Shown here piece after piece: positions 49,285 through 61,511 of a stretch of DNA of 64,000 nucleotides. The notes below the pieces were generated by a model. The model was not told where the DNA came from. It saw nothing but the letters and a program-made list of their open reading frames with translations, and made no database searches. Every line of letters begins with the position of its first letter. Position 1 is the first letter of the stretch. The translations under genes and the position numbers were made by a program. Source of the stretch: Leptonemataceae bacterium (GTDB lineage: Bacteria > Spirochaetota > Leptospiria > Leptospirales > Leptonemataceae); contig OZ245742.1 in assembly GCA_965227295.1 (NCBI GenBank), positions 3,232,001-3,296,000 on the forward strand. The letters run 5' to 3'.

Positions 49285-51021
49285 ATGAGATTTCTCAGGA
49301 GATATTGTACCGCCGCGGCGCTGCTCGCGGCGGCAGGCTGCGCCGTGTTGTGGCCGGCCGGCCTTGCGGCCCAGGTCTACCAGCCGCCCGGCTACGGCTC
49401 CGGGGAAAACATCGAGGGCTCCGGTTTCGGCCTTGGCACGGGCTATCAAGAAATAAACGACGATATTTATATTACGATTACCCCGCTGATCGAGTTCCCC
49501 CTGGGCAAGTTCCGCGTGGGTTTGCAGATTCCCCTGGAGGTCCTCGTCCTCGACCGCGATCCCACGGGCGAAGAGGAGCCGCCGGTCCTGCGCGCCGGGA
49601 CCTACGACGAGCTGGAAGATTATCTTAAGATCATCGCTTACGTGCGCTACGGAACGCACCTTTACTTCGATCCGGACGACGCGTTCAACTGGTCCTTCTA
49701 CTACGGCAAACTTTTCGACGGCTGGATGGGCCACAAGACGATCATCTTTCGTTATCAGAACAACTTCGATCCCGCGTTCTATCGCGCCGGTGTGATGGCG
49801 GACATCAACAACCGCTGGGGCGGTGTCGAACACTTCTCGTCGGACATCTGGCGGAAAGAAGTCGTCGGCTGGCGCGGGTACGTCCGCCCGTTCGGTATTT
49901 TCAACTCGGTTCACGACATGATCGTGTACGGCGGCGGCCTGCCCACGCGGCGCCAGGTGGCCATGTCCTTGCTGGAATCTCGCGATCCCGACACGAACCG
50001 CGGTGTGTTTTACCAGGAGAAGATTCCCGATCAAAAAAAAGAGGGCGGTCGTCTCGAACAGTACTTCTACGGGACCATCGGCGAAGATCTCGGTAAGTCC
50101 GACCTCGACTTCGAAACCGTGCGCGATCCGGTGACCGGCGAAGAGAAGGTCATCGCAAAAAAGAAAGAAGAATCCGAGAAACGCGGTACTTCGTTCTGGG
50201 AACGCTGGGCCATTGGTTCGTCGGTGGTTCGTGATCTGGATGCGCCGCTGGTGTTGGAGTACGACGGTTCGAGCAACCTCGTGATCGACCCGGAGATCGG
50301 CCAGCCGCGGGGTCTCGAGACCGAGGATCTCACCGTGGTCGGTTACGACACCGAGTTGCGCATGTCGCCGTTCGAGTTCATGGATCTTACGCCGTACGTC
50401 GACTTCAACACGTTCGAAGACATCGACGGCGCCGAGGGCCGGCACTACGGCGTCGACATGGGCTTTCGCTTTAACGTACTTAAGATTACGTTTCGTCCGG
50501 AGTACCGGGACATGGCTTCGAACTACATTCCCACGTACTTCGATCAGTACCACGCCATCGAACGCACCATCTACGATCCCGGCGGGGACGGCACCGGCTC
50601 CGGTTCCGCCACCGGGGTCACCAAGCTCGCGTACTTAAAGACGCTTCCCGTCGACGGCGATCGCGTGCGCGGTTACTTTGTGCTGTTGATCTTCGAATGG
50701 TTGCAGACCGTCGTCATCGAAGCGAACTACGCCGACTACGAGGGCCCCGAGAACTCGACGATCTTCGTGGGCGTGTATATCCCCGCCGCGATGAACTTTT
50801 TCGCGAACGCCTACTATACCAAGAAAGATTACGACGACATCCGCAAATCGTTCGTGTACGACGATCGCTCGCTGGCCGCGGCGGAGTTCGGCTACACGTT
50901 CTTCGGCGGCCTCTCCGCGAAGGTCACCTACACCCGGACCTGGGTCTACGACGACACCCAGTCCGCCTACGTCGCGCAGGATGAGGTGAGTTACGGTGTC
51001 GGGTTTAATGTGAGCTTTTGA
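49285..51021 (+). CDS. Putative outer-membrane beta-barrel protein
   Basis: Signal peptide, amphipathic beta strands, C-terminal SYGVGFNVSF. Confidence 0.8.
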   Translation: MRFLRRYCTAAALLAAAGCAVLWPAGLAAQVYQPPGYGSGENIEGSGFGLGTGYQEINDDIYITITPLIEFPLGKFRVGLQIPLEVLVLDRDPTGEEEPPVLRAGTYDELEDYLKIIAYVRYGTHLYFDPDDAFNWSFYYGKLFDGWMGHKTIIFRYQNNFDPAFYRAGVMADINNRWGGVEHFSSDIWRKEVVGWRGYVRPFGIFNSVHDMIVYGGGLPTRRQVAMSLLESRDPDTNRGVFYQEKIPDQKKEGGRLEQYFYGTIGEDLGKSDLDFETVRDPVTGEEKVIAKKKEESEKRGTSFWERWAIGSSVVRDLDAPLVLEYDGSSNLVIDPEIGQPRGLETEDLTVVGYDTELRMSPFEFMDLTPYVDFNTFEDIDGAEGRHYGVDMGFRFNVLKITFRPEYRDMASNYIPTYFDQYHAIERTIYDPGGDGTGSGSATGVTKLAYLKTLPVDGDRVRGYFVLLIFEWLQTVVIEANYADYEGPENSTIFVGVYIPAAMNFFANAYYTKKDYDDIRKSFVYDDRSLAAAEFGYTFFGGLSAKVTYTRTWVYDDTQSAYVAQDEVSYGVGFNVSF

Positions 51022-51176
51022 TCGTTTCGATCGAGCAGGCTGCTCTCCTGATCTACAGGAAGATGAGACGGGCCCGGTCCGTACCACACATCCGCTTATA
51101 TCTTCCGGCTCCACGATCTGATCGCGCGACATAAAAAACGGTACCGAATTTCCAGGCGCCCGCCGATAGTAGCATC

Positions 51177-51707
51177 ATGGAGATAAACGGCCTCAACCCC
51201 GAACTGAATGACATGCTGCTGCGCGGACAACTGTCCGGCCGCAAGATCGCCGAGCTGATTCGCCTCAAAGAGACGGTGGATCGCTTCGCCACGAAAAACT
51301 ACGTCTCTGAAGAAGAGTACCAGGTCCTCGTCGACAAGTACGGGACCGGCCCGGACATCGTCACCTGGGGCGACTACTTTCAAACCGAAACGGCCAGCGA
51401 ATATTTCGACACCGCCGACGCCGACTTCTCGACGATCATCGATACCATCCGCTTCGATCTGATCTCGGCCGTTAAGATCTTTCAGGGAAAATCCGAAGCG
51501 TTCTTCGAGGGCGTTAAGGCCAGCGGCCTGGAAGTCTACGGCATACCCCGCAACGAATGGTCGGAGGCCGAAGAAGAAAAGGCCCATCTCTACATTCTGA
51601 TCAACTACTACTATGAACTCGGGCTCGAACGCACTGAACTCAGCGCTGAAGACGAAGCCTGGTTCGAAGGATTTCTCGGCTCCGAAAAACATGCGGTCGG
51701 CCAATAG
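51177..51707 (+). CDS. Hypothetical cytoplasmic protein
   Basis: 176-aa ORF with typical codon usage. Confidence 0.75.
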   Translation: MEINGLNPELNDMLLRGQLSGRKIAELIRLKETVDRFATKNYVSEEEYQVLVDKYGTGPDIVTWGDYFQTETASEYFDTADADFSTIIDTIRFDLISAVKIFQGKSEAFFEGVKASGLEVYGIPRNEWSEAEEEKAHLYILINYYYELGLERTELSAEDEAWFEGFLGSEKHAVGQ

Positions 51708-52671
51708 CATCAGCTTTCATTGCTTCCAGATCCACGTCGTAGCCTGCGCCGCGTCCGCCCTCCCGGTGGTCGCGGCGTTTTTTCTGTCCGTCGTGGTACT
51801 GAGCACTCCGCTTCGCGCGCAGGATGATCCGGCGCAGCAAGATGCGGCGGATGCCGCCGATCCCGCCGGCGACACCGCGTCCGATCGGGTCGTGCCCGGC
51901 GGGCCGCTGCCGCCGACCCAGGCGTCGGTCACCGCCGGCAAGTTCCGCGAAGAGTTCCAGATCGACGGCGAGAACCGATTCCGCTACGGCCGCGAACTGC
52001 ACGCCGACGGTTTTCGGGATCGCTCCGCGCAGATCCTCCGTGATTTTCTCGTACTCTTTCCCCGGCATCCCCGCCGCTTCGAGGCCCTGCGCATCCTGGC
52101 CGAGATCGAGGTGGAAAAAGACCGGCCGGTGCCGGCCATCGATTACTATCGCCGGGCCTTCCGCGAGGTCCCGGGACAGGACCGCGGTCTTGAGGCCTAT
52201 CTCCAGGCCGGCCGTCTGCTGGCCGGACTGGGGGAAACCGAGACCGCGCGTGAGGTCTTCGAAGACATCCGTCGGCGCAAACCGGACTCCCGTGTGGCCC
52301 GCCAGGCCGGAAACGAACTCCAGGCCCTGGGCCTCCGCAGATTTGACAACGCGGCCACGGACCCGGCCGGCGACGGAACGAGCGGCGGAGATGCGACGTC
52401 CACCGGCGACGACGACCGTACGGCCAGGCCGGACAGCGGTGACGCCGGGCCGGATGCTTCCGGCGTAGCCGACACCGACGGCGCGAGCACCGGTGAAGCG
52501 GGCATGCTGGACGGAGCCGGAACTGCGGAACAGACGAAGCCGGAGCCGTCCGGGAACCGGCAAAACCAGGGAGACACGACCGGCAGTCCCGGCGAAGAAG
52601 GTCCTGGTAATCGGCAGGGCAGTGAATCCTTGCTGGACCGGGTCGGCGAGGGCGTGGAAATATCTGAATAA
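51691..52671 (+). CDS. TPR-containing exported protein
   Basis: Hydrophobic leader, LFPRHPRRFEAL, AYLQAGRLL, low-complexity tail. Start uncertain. Confidence 0.7.
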   Translation: MRSANSISFHCFQIHVVACAASALPVVAAFFLSVVVLSTPLRAQDDPAQQDAADAADPAGDTASDRVVPGGPLPPTQASVTAGKFREEFQIDGENRFRYGRELHADGFRDRSAQILRDFLVLFPRHPRRFEALRILAEIEVEKDRPVPAIDYYRRAFREVPGQDRGLEAYLQAGRLLAGLGETETAREVFEDIRRRKPDSRVARQAGNELQALGLRRFDNAATDPAGDGTSGGDATSTGDDDRTARPDSGDAGPDASGVADTDGASTGEAGMLDGAGTAEQTKPEPSGNRQNQGDTTGSPGEEGPGNRQGSESLLDRVGEGVEISE

Positions 52672-52821
52672 GCGCAGGCGGATTTACTGCGCTTTTTCAT
52701 TTGATATTACGGGACGGGGGACATTTTATAGTTTTCAGGAGTCCTGAGTGTCCTACGGCTATTGGGGGGCCGATAATTCAGGTATCGGGGCGCGAGCGCC
52801 GAACCGCGACAGGCTGTATTT

Positions 52822-54036
52822 ATGGCGTTTCAGATGATCCAATACAAGGCGGGCTCGTATGTCATCATCGAGGGCAAGCGGGACGTCAATAAGTTCTACA
52901 TCATCATCCAGGGCAAGGTACGCACTCAGAAGACGACTCCCGTGGTCGGGGAAGATTCTTCCATTACGCTGGGACCCGGCGACTTCTTCGGCGTGGAAAG
53001 CGCCATGTCCAATCACAGCCGCATTGAAACGGTCATCTGCGTCAGCGACTGCAACCTCATTGAGGTTCCCAACGATCAGTTCGGTCTCTTAATTCAAAAA
53101 AACGCGCCGGTGGCCATGAAGATCATCCGCTCGTTCTCCATGAAGCTGCGCAGCTTCGATAACACCATTGCCCGGTTGTCGTTTCGCAACGCCGTCGAAG
53201 AGGACCCGTCGCATCTTTTCGATCTGGGCGAGTTCTGGTTTAAGGAGCAGCGCTTTCATCATGCCGCGTACGCCTACCAGCGATACATGCAGTGGGTGCC
53301 GAAGGGCGACAAAATCTCTCAGGCGAAGATGCGCTTGCAGGCCATGAACAAACCGCTGAAGGCCCCGCCGGTGGCCGAGGCGAACATCAACCGTCATCAT
53401 AAAACCGACGACATGGTCTTCTGTGAAAACGAGCCCGGCTACGAACTCTACATCATCCAGGGCGGTCGGGTTAAGATCACCAAGATGCTCGACGGCCAGG
53501 AAGTGATGCTCGCGGTCCTGCAACCGGGAGACATCTTCGGCGAAATGGCCATCCTCGACAACAAGCCGCGGTCCGCCACGGCCATCGTTGCGGAGGATGC
53601 TTCGCTGCTTGCCATCAACAAGGCGAACTTCGAGTCCATGGTAAAGGCCCAGCCCCAGCTCGCCACGAAATTGATTACCCTGTTATCCGAACGCATCTGG
53701 ATGGCCTATCGTCAGCTCGCGAACCTCATGATCTCCGATCCCGTGGGCCGGCTCTACGATACGCTGCTCACCCTGGCGGAGAAGAACCACGTGCGCATCG
53801 CGGCGCGGGCCTCGTACAACTTCGACATCGGCGGCAAAGATCTTTTGAAGATGGTCGGCTTCGATCCGCAGAAGGACGAGAACCTCCTTATGGATCTGCT
53901 CAAGAACCGCTGGCTCAAACTGGACGAGGGCAAAATGATTTGCCTCGACTTGCAAGAGCTGGAAAAACAGGTTGCTTTTTTCAAGAAAAAGGCGGCCATG
54001 GAAAGGAAGCGGGAGAAAGCGGCCGCCGTCAAATAA
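52822..54036 (+). CDS. Crp/Fnr-like protein with two cNMP-binding domains
   Basis: GPGDFFGVE...RIET and QPGDIFGEMAILDNKPRSATA separated by a TPR-like segment. Confidence 0.9.
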   Translation: MAFQMIQYKAGSYVIIEGKRDVNKFYIIIQGKVRTQKTTPVVGEDSSITLGPGDFFGVESAMSNHSRIETVICVSDCNLIEVPNDQFGLLIQKNAPVAMKIIRSFSMKLRSFDNTIARLSFRNAVEEDPSHLFDLGEFWFKEQRFHHAAYAYQRYMQWVPKGDKISQAKMRLQAMNKPLKAPPVAEANINRHHKTDDMVFCENEPGYELYIIQGGRVKITKMLDGQEVMLAVLQPGDIFGEMAILDNKPRSATAIVAEDASLLAINKANFESMVKAQPQLATKLITLLSERIWMAYRQLANLMISDPVGRLYDTLLTLAEKNHVRIAARASYNFDIGGKDLLKMVGFDPQKDENLLMDLLKNRWLKLDEGKMICLDLQELEKQVAFFKKKAAMERKREKAAAVK

Positions 54037-54106
54037 GCCGGTTCACATCGCACTTTCATCACACTGCGCAGCGTTTACCGGCGGCACCCTCCCGTCGGAT
54101 TAACGC

Positions 54107-56113
54107 ATGACTCAAAACTCTCCGTCAGATCATCCCGCCAACTCCGCGCCGGATGACTCTTCCATCGACGTCTCCTCTCTCTTCGAGGACTTCGCCCCGG
54201 TCTCTTCCGCCGATTGGGAGGCGAAGATCCGCAAGGACATGAAGTTCGACGACGCGGCCTACCAGAAGAAGATGTTCTGGTCCACCGCCGAGGGCGTTAC
54301 GGTGCAGCCTTTTTATCGTAAGGAAGATCTGCAACGGGTTGCCCATCCCCTGGACGCCCGGCCCGGGGCCCTGCCGTTTCTGCGCGGCGCGAAACCGGCC
54401 GGGAACGATTGGAACGTCCGCCACGACGTGGACGACCGCGATCCGAAGGCCGCCAATCGGCGTGCATTGCAATCGCTGGAAAACTCCGTCGACGAGGTCG
54501 CCTTTGTAGTACAACCGCGCGGCAATGCCCTCTACGGTGTGGACCTGCGGGACGGTGCCTCCGCCATGCAAACCCTGCTCGATGGTGTCTGGCTCGACGC
54601 GGTGCCGGTGCATTTTTATGCGGGGGCCGCAGCGCCGGCTGTGCTGGAACTCTACGCGGAAGAAATACAGCGCCGGGGTCTCGATCGAGCCCGGGCCGCG
54701 GGTTCGGTGGACTTCGATCCCGTTGGTGATTTCGCGCGCGAAGGCCGACTCGATCAAGAGCAAACCTTCGCCGCGGCGAGTGAGCTGCTGAAAACCACGG
54801 CGCAACAGTTGCCGGGCTTTCGTTGTCTCGGCGTGAGTGATGCTGTGTATCACAACGCCGGCGCGGGCATCGCCCTGTCCAGCGCCTGCGCCCTGGCTGC
54901 CGGCAGTGAGATGCTCACGCAACTCCGGGATACCGGTCACTCCACCGATGAGATCTGTGCGCGTTTGCACTTTGATCTGTCTGTCGGCGCGAACTACTTT
55001 TTCGAGATAGCGCGACTGCGCATGTTTCGTTTTCTCTGGGCCCGCATTGTCCGTGAGTATGCTCCGGCGGATGCGGATCACGCGGCCCGGGCCCACGTGC
55101 ATGCCCGGACCTCGCGGTGGAATCTTACGCTCTACGATCCCTACGTCAACATGCTGCGCTCCACTACGGAAGCGATGTCGGCCGTCCTCGGTTCGTGCGA
55201 TAGTTTCAGCGGCCTGCCGTTCGACGAGGCCTACGAGGCGGGCACGGAGTTTGCCGAACGCGTGGCCCGCAACACCCAGCACCTACTGAAACACGAAGCT
55301 CACCTGGACAAGGTCGCGGACCCCGCCGCCGGTTCGTACTATATCGAATCGCTGACGGACTCCCTGGCCCGGGAGACCTGGGCCATCTTTCAGAAGATCG
55401 AAGCAGAGGGCGGCATGCTCGCGGCTTTGACGAACGGCCATGTGCAACAGCAGATCGAGGCGGCGGCCGGAGCCAAACACGCGGCCGCCGCGGCCCGCAA
55501 ACTCATCCTGCTCGGAACGAACCAGTATCCGAATCGCGAAGAGGCCATGAGCAAAAAACTCGCGCGACCGGAGCCGATGCCCCTGGAGGCCGGGCGTGAC
55601 CTCGGCGTTACGAAGGTGCGCGGAAACGCTAATATTCAGTGTACCAAACTTAATGAATTTCGCGGGGCGGAACCGTTCGAGGAGTTGCGTCTCGCGACGG
55701 AGAGCTACACGGCCAGCGGCGGTACCGTGCCGAAGGTCTACCTGTTGCAGTTCGGGGATCTTGCCATGCGTAAGGCCCGGGCAAACTTTGCGGCGAACTT
55801 CTTCGGCTGTGCCGGGTACGAAGTCATCGATGAAAAGGGCGTGGACGATGCCGAAGAGGGCGGGCGCGCCGCCGCCCGCAGCGGGGCCCACATCGTCGTT
55901 CTGTGCTCGTCGGATGAGGAATACGCAAGCCTGGGCAAGGCGGTCATTGGGGCGATCGAATCCACCGGCCTCAAGCAGCATGTCGTGGTGGCCGGGTTTC
56001 CGAAAGACGTCGTCGACGAACTGAAAGCCGCCGGCGCGCAGGACTTCATTCACATGAAGGCGAACGTGCTGGAAGTATTGACGAACTTTCAGAAGGCGTT
56101 TGGGATCATGTGA
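54107..56113 (+). CDS. mutA: Methylmalonyl-CoA mutase small subunit
   Basis: YHNAGA, DPYVNMLR, RVARNTQ, DPAAGSYYIE; C-terminal domain lacks DxHxxG. Confidence 0.9.
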   Translation: MTQNSPSDHPANSAPDDSSIDVSSLFEDFAPVSSADWEAKIRKDMKFDDAAYQKKMFWSTAEGVTVQPFYRKEDLQRVAHPLDARPGALPFLRGAKPAGNDWNVRHDVDDRDPKAANRRALQSLENSVDEVAFVVQPRGNALYGVDLRDGASAMQTLLDGVWLDAVPVHFYAGAAAPAVLELYAEEIQRRGLDRARAAGSVDFDPVGDFAREGRLDQEQTFAAASELLKTTAQQLPGFRCLGVSDAVYHNAGAGIALSSACALAAGSEMLTQLRDTGHSTDEICARLHFDLSVGANYFFEIARLRMFRFLWARIVREYAPADADHAARAHVHARTSRWNLTLYDPYVNMLRSTTEAMSAVLGSCDSFSGLPFDEAYEAGTEFAERVARNTQHLLKHEAHLDKVADPAAGSYYIESLTDSLARETWAIFQKIEAEGGMLAALTNGHVQQQIEAAAGAKHAAAAARKLILLGTNQYPNREEAMSKKLARPEPMPLEAGRDLGVTKVRGNANIQCTKLNEFRGAEPFEELRLATESYTASGGTVPKVYLLQFGDLAMRKARANFAANFFGCAGYEVIDEKGVDDAEEGGRAAARSGAHIVVLCSSDEEYASLGKAVIGAIESTGLKQHVVVAGFPKDVVDELKAAGAQDFIHMKANVLEVLTNFQKAFGIM

Positions 56114-56131
56114 ACTCCGAGGACCGAGGGG
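56114..56131 (+). repeat. Solo ACTCCGAGGACCGAGG unit
   Basis: Directly after the TGA of the mutase small subunit gene. Confidence 0.7.
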
Positions 56132-56170
56132 CGGAGCCCTTGCAAATCTTACAATACACGACTGGAATTT

Positions 56171-58335
<2,165 letters not shown>

Positions 58336-58339
<4 letters not shown>

Positions 58340-59355
58340 GCGCGCCGTTGCAGGGAGAGCGCAGATTGAGCCGCAGGTCGTTCACCGCCGACGAGTACTG
58401 CGAGGCGTTGCGCGCGGGAGATCGCGTGATGCTCAGCCGTGCCATCACCCTGGCCGAAAGTTCCCGGGACGACCATCGACTGCTGGCCGAAGAAATCATC
58501 GAACGTCTGTTGCCGCATACCGGCAACTCGCTGCGCGTGGGCATTACCGGCGTTCCCGGCGTCGGTAAATCCACGTTCATCGAAAGTTTCGGTAAGTTTG
58601 TATTAGAGCAGGGCCGGCGTCTGGCCGTGCTCGCCGTGGACCCGTCGTCCTCGCGGACCCACGGCAGTATTCTGGGTGATAAGACGCGCATGGTCGAACT
58701 TTCCCGCGACGAGCGCGCGTTCATTCGACCGTCGCCCTCCGCCGGCAGCCTCGGCGGCGTGGCGCGCAAGACTCGCGAAAGTATTCTCTTGTGCGAGGCG
58801 GCGGGATTTGATACGATCTTCGTGGAAACCGTCGGCGTCGGCCAGTCCGAGATTGCGGTCCGCCGCATGGTGGATTTCTTTTTGCTGTTGATGCTGGCGG
58901 GAGCCGGGGACGAACTCCAGGGAATCAAGCGCGGCATTATGGAAATGGCCGATCTCATCGCCATCAACAAGGCCGACGGCGACAACGAAAAGGCGGCGAA
59001 GCGCGCTCGGGGCGAGTACCGCTCGGCGTTGCATTTGTTTCCGCTCGCCGCGGACGGCTGGTCTCCGAAAGTGCTGACGTGTTCCGCACAGGAACGCACC
59101 GGCCTGGACGACATCTGGGCGACGATCGAGAAACACCACGAGCACATGTCGGCCGGCGGCCACTTTACCGAACGACGCCGGGAGCAGGCGCAGTACTGGA
59201 TGTACGAGTCCATCGACGAGACGATTCGCCGTAAGTTTTACGAAAGTGATGTTATCAAACAGGCGCTGCCGGGCATGGAACGGGAGGTTCTCGAGGGAAA
59301 GCAGAACTCCTTCACGGCCGCGCGCCGGTTGATTGAAATGTATGAGGAAAGATAG
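58336..59355 (+). CDS. meaB: Mutase-associated GTPase MeaB/ArgK
   Basis: [35 protein letters not shown]. Confidence 0.95.
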
Positions 59356-59377
59356 ACTCCGAGGACCGAGGGGCCGA
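59356..59377 (+). repeat. Solo ACTCCGAGGACCGAGGGCCGAG unit
   Basis: Directly after the meaB TAG and followed by a T run. Confidence 0.7.
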
Positions 59378-59455
59378 GTTTTTTTTGTGGAGGCGGCCGT
59401 ACGTGGAACACGCTCAAGCTATGATTGCTTCGAGCCGTAGCACGTGCGCAACTAT

Positions 59456-60169
59456 ATGAAAGACGTAAGTGCGAACACAGAAGCCAAACGTGCCGCGGGC
59501 ATTGCTGCCGCGGGCCTTGTCGACGATATGCAAACCGTCGGCCTCGGCACCGGTTCCACGGCGGCCTTTGCCATCGCCGAACTGGGTCGCCGCGTGCGTG
59601 AGGACAACCTGCGCATTGAATGCGTGGCCACCTCGTTTTCTTCCCAGCGCCTCGCCATCGAAGCCGGCCTGTCGATCGTGCCCATCGACGCCTGCTCGAA
59701 GCTGAACCTGTCGATCGACGGCGCCGACGAGATCGATCCCGGCCTGCACCTGATCAAAGGCGGTGGGGCCGCGCATACGCTGGAAAAACTCGTGCACGCC
59801 ATGTCGGACCGTTTCGTTTGCGTGGCCGACCCGTCCAAGATCGTGGACGTCCTGGGTGCGAAATTCGCGGTGCCGGTGGAGATCCTGCCGCAGTCCCTGG
59901 GTTTCGTTGAGCGTAAGTTAAACGAACTGGGCGCCGTCGAGGTGAGCCTGCGCATGGCCATGCGTAAGGACGGTCCCGTCATCACGGACAGCGGGAACCT
60001 GGTGCTCGACGCGCGTTTCCCGAAGATCGATCAGCCCATCGCCCTCGAAGACGCCATCACGACGATCCCCGGAGTTCTGGAAAACGGCATCTTCGGCCAC
60101 GTCCGGCCGCGACCGGGGGACTGCATCATCGGCGACCCCGACGCCCCGGGCGGCCTGCGGAAGTTGTAG
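59456..60169 (+). CDS. rpiA: Ribose-5-phosphate isomerase A
   Basis: GLGTGST, IDGADEID, IKGGGAA, PVEI, TDSGN. Confidence 0.95.
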   Translation: MKDVSANTEAKRAAGIAAAGLVDDMQTVGLGTGSTAAFAIAELGRRVREDNLRIECVATSFSSQRLAIEAGLSIVPIDACSKLNLSIDGADEIDPGLHLIKGGGAAHTLEKLVHAMSDRFVCVADPSKIVDVLGAKFAVPVEILPQSLGFVERKLNELGAVEVSLRMAMRKDGPVITDSGNLVLDARFPKIDQPIALEDAITTIPGVLENGIFGHVRPRPGDCIIGDPDAPGGLRKL

Positions 60170-60180
60170 GATCATTTCCA

Positions 60181-60298
60181 ACTCCGAGGTCCGAGGTCCG
60201 AGGTACCGAGATCAAAGAATCGCGATTTGGCTTAGCCTGCGAATCTTCGGGTTATGATCGCCCTTGATTCATCGCCTCGGTAACTCGGTCCTCGGAGT
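60181..60298. repeat. ACTCCGAGG inverted-repeat doublet
   Basis: ACTCCGAGGTCCGAGGTCCGAGGTACCGAG ... CTCGGTAACTCGGTCCTCGGAGT. Confidence 0.85.
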
Positions 60299-60337
60299 TA
60301 GAAACTGTTGACATGAAGCGCGCGGCATAGAACCACC

Positions 60338-60838
60338 ATGCTCATGCATCGCTATCGCACGTTGCTGGACTGGAAACGCGAAGAAGCGCCGCCTCCGGAC
60401 TTTGAGCATTTCGTTCGTTTCTCCGGCGGGGACCGCATCGGCGTGACGGCCCCCCACGACGGTTCGCCTGTCTCCGGAGACGAAGAGCACGACTTTTCCA
60501 CCGGCCACGTGTCGCCCGTGGAGCTGCTGGTGTCGTCCATTGCGTCGGCGCAGATGCTCGCTTACCTGCGGCTGTGCGAGCGAAATCATATGAACGTTCT
60601 CGCATACCGCGACGACGCCGTGGCCGAGATGCCGGACGGAAACGGCAGGCCGTTCGCGGGGATCGAGCGCCTGCACGTGATTCTGCGCCCGCGCATCGTC
60701 TTCGAGGCCGCCGAATCCCAGGTGCGCCGGGCCATGGCCATCCGGCTCTTAAACGAAGCTCTGGTGAAGTTAGCGATCTACGACGCCTCGCGGATCAGCA
60801 TCGAACTGAAACCCGTCTTTGAATTCGCGGGAGACTGA
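60338..60838 (+). CDS. OsmC-like protein, apparently without the canonical redox cysteines
   Basis: HRYRTLLDW, SPVELLVSSIASAQML, YRDDAVAEM, LRPRI. Confidence 0.7.
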   Translation: MLMHRYRTLLDWKREEAPPPDFEHFVRFSGGDRIGVTAPHDGSPVSGDEEHDFSTGHVSPVELLVSSIASAQMLAYLRLCERNHMNVLAYRDDAVAEMPDGNGRPFAGIERLHVILRPRIVFEAAESQVRRAMAIRLLNEALVKLAIYDASRISIELKPVFEFAGD

Positions 60839-60846
60839 GCAGTTAC

Positions 60847-61416
60847 TCACTGCGTCGGATCGAGGCGCAATAACTCCGTTTCCAGAAAATCGATGTAGCG
60901 TTCCTCGCCGGTCATGACGTAAATCTGTACCGCGCCTTCGAACATCACGATCATTCGTTCCGCGGTGCGTCGCGGATCGCGGTCTCCCAGGCCGCGGACG
61001 TAGCGTGCCAGGAGTCGCCGCCACATGTGAATCGATCGAGCGACGTCCGGTAGAAAGTCCGCGCGTTGGACGTGCGTCTGATTCACGAAGTTGGCGAATG
61101 GACAGCCCCGGTAGATCCGGGCCCGGACCTGGCGCCGCACGAGTTTGATCCAGCCGGTTACGAAGTCCGGGTAGCGCGGATACTTTTTGATGAGCCCCAG
61201 ATACAGCAGGAGCGCGCCCCGCCGCCGGCTGCGTACGTAGTCGAGGCCGAGGTCCGTCTTGCTTTCGAAGTGTGTGTAGAAGGTCTTCTTATACGTGTTC
61301 GACTCTTCTAATATTTGATTGATGCCGGTAGAGGCGTAGCCCTGGCGATAGAAGAGCAGGGCCGCCGCCTCCGTCAGGCGCTCCCGGGCTGTGATGTTGT
61401 CCTCGTTTTTTCCCAC
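60847..61416 (-). CDS. TetR/AcrR-family regulator (NemR-like)
   Basis: ARERLTEAAALLFYRQGYASTGINQIL...FYTHFESK, RGCPF. GTG start at 61416 chosen. Confidence 0.9.
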   Translation of the reverse strand: MGKNEDNITARERLTEAAALLFYRQGYASTGINQILEESNTYKKTFYTHFESKTDLGLDYVRSRRRGALLLYLGLIKKYPRYPDFVTGWIKLVRRQVRARIYRGCPFANFVNQTHVQRADFLPDVARSIHMWRRLLARYVRGLGDRDPRRTAERMIVMFEGAVQIYVMTGEERYIDFLETELLRLDPTQ

Positions 61417-61433
61417 AGAGACAGAAAATGCAG

Positions 61434-61494
61434 GTGGACAGGTTTGTCTACTCCTGATTGCATCGCCAACAGCCGGGTAGACAAATCGGTTCAC
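61434..61494. promoter_or_regulatory. Two imperfect palindromic operator sites
   Basis: GTGGACAGGTTTGTCTAC (61434-61451) and GTAGACAAATCGGTTCAC (61477-61494) between the divergent tetR and dehydrogenase genes. Confidence 0.65.
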
Positions 61495-61511
61495 CCGCGT
61501 GGAGGCTCGTG

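Noticed and set aside
54037..54106. Cobalamin riboswitch upstream of the mutase genes
   Set aside because: The 70-bp gap is too short and no B12-box was seen.
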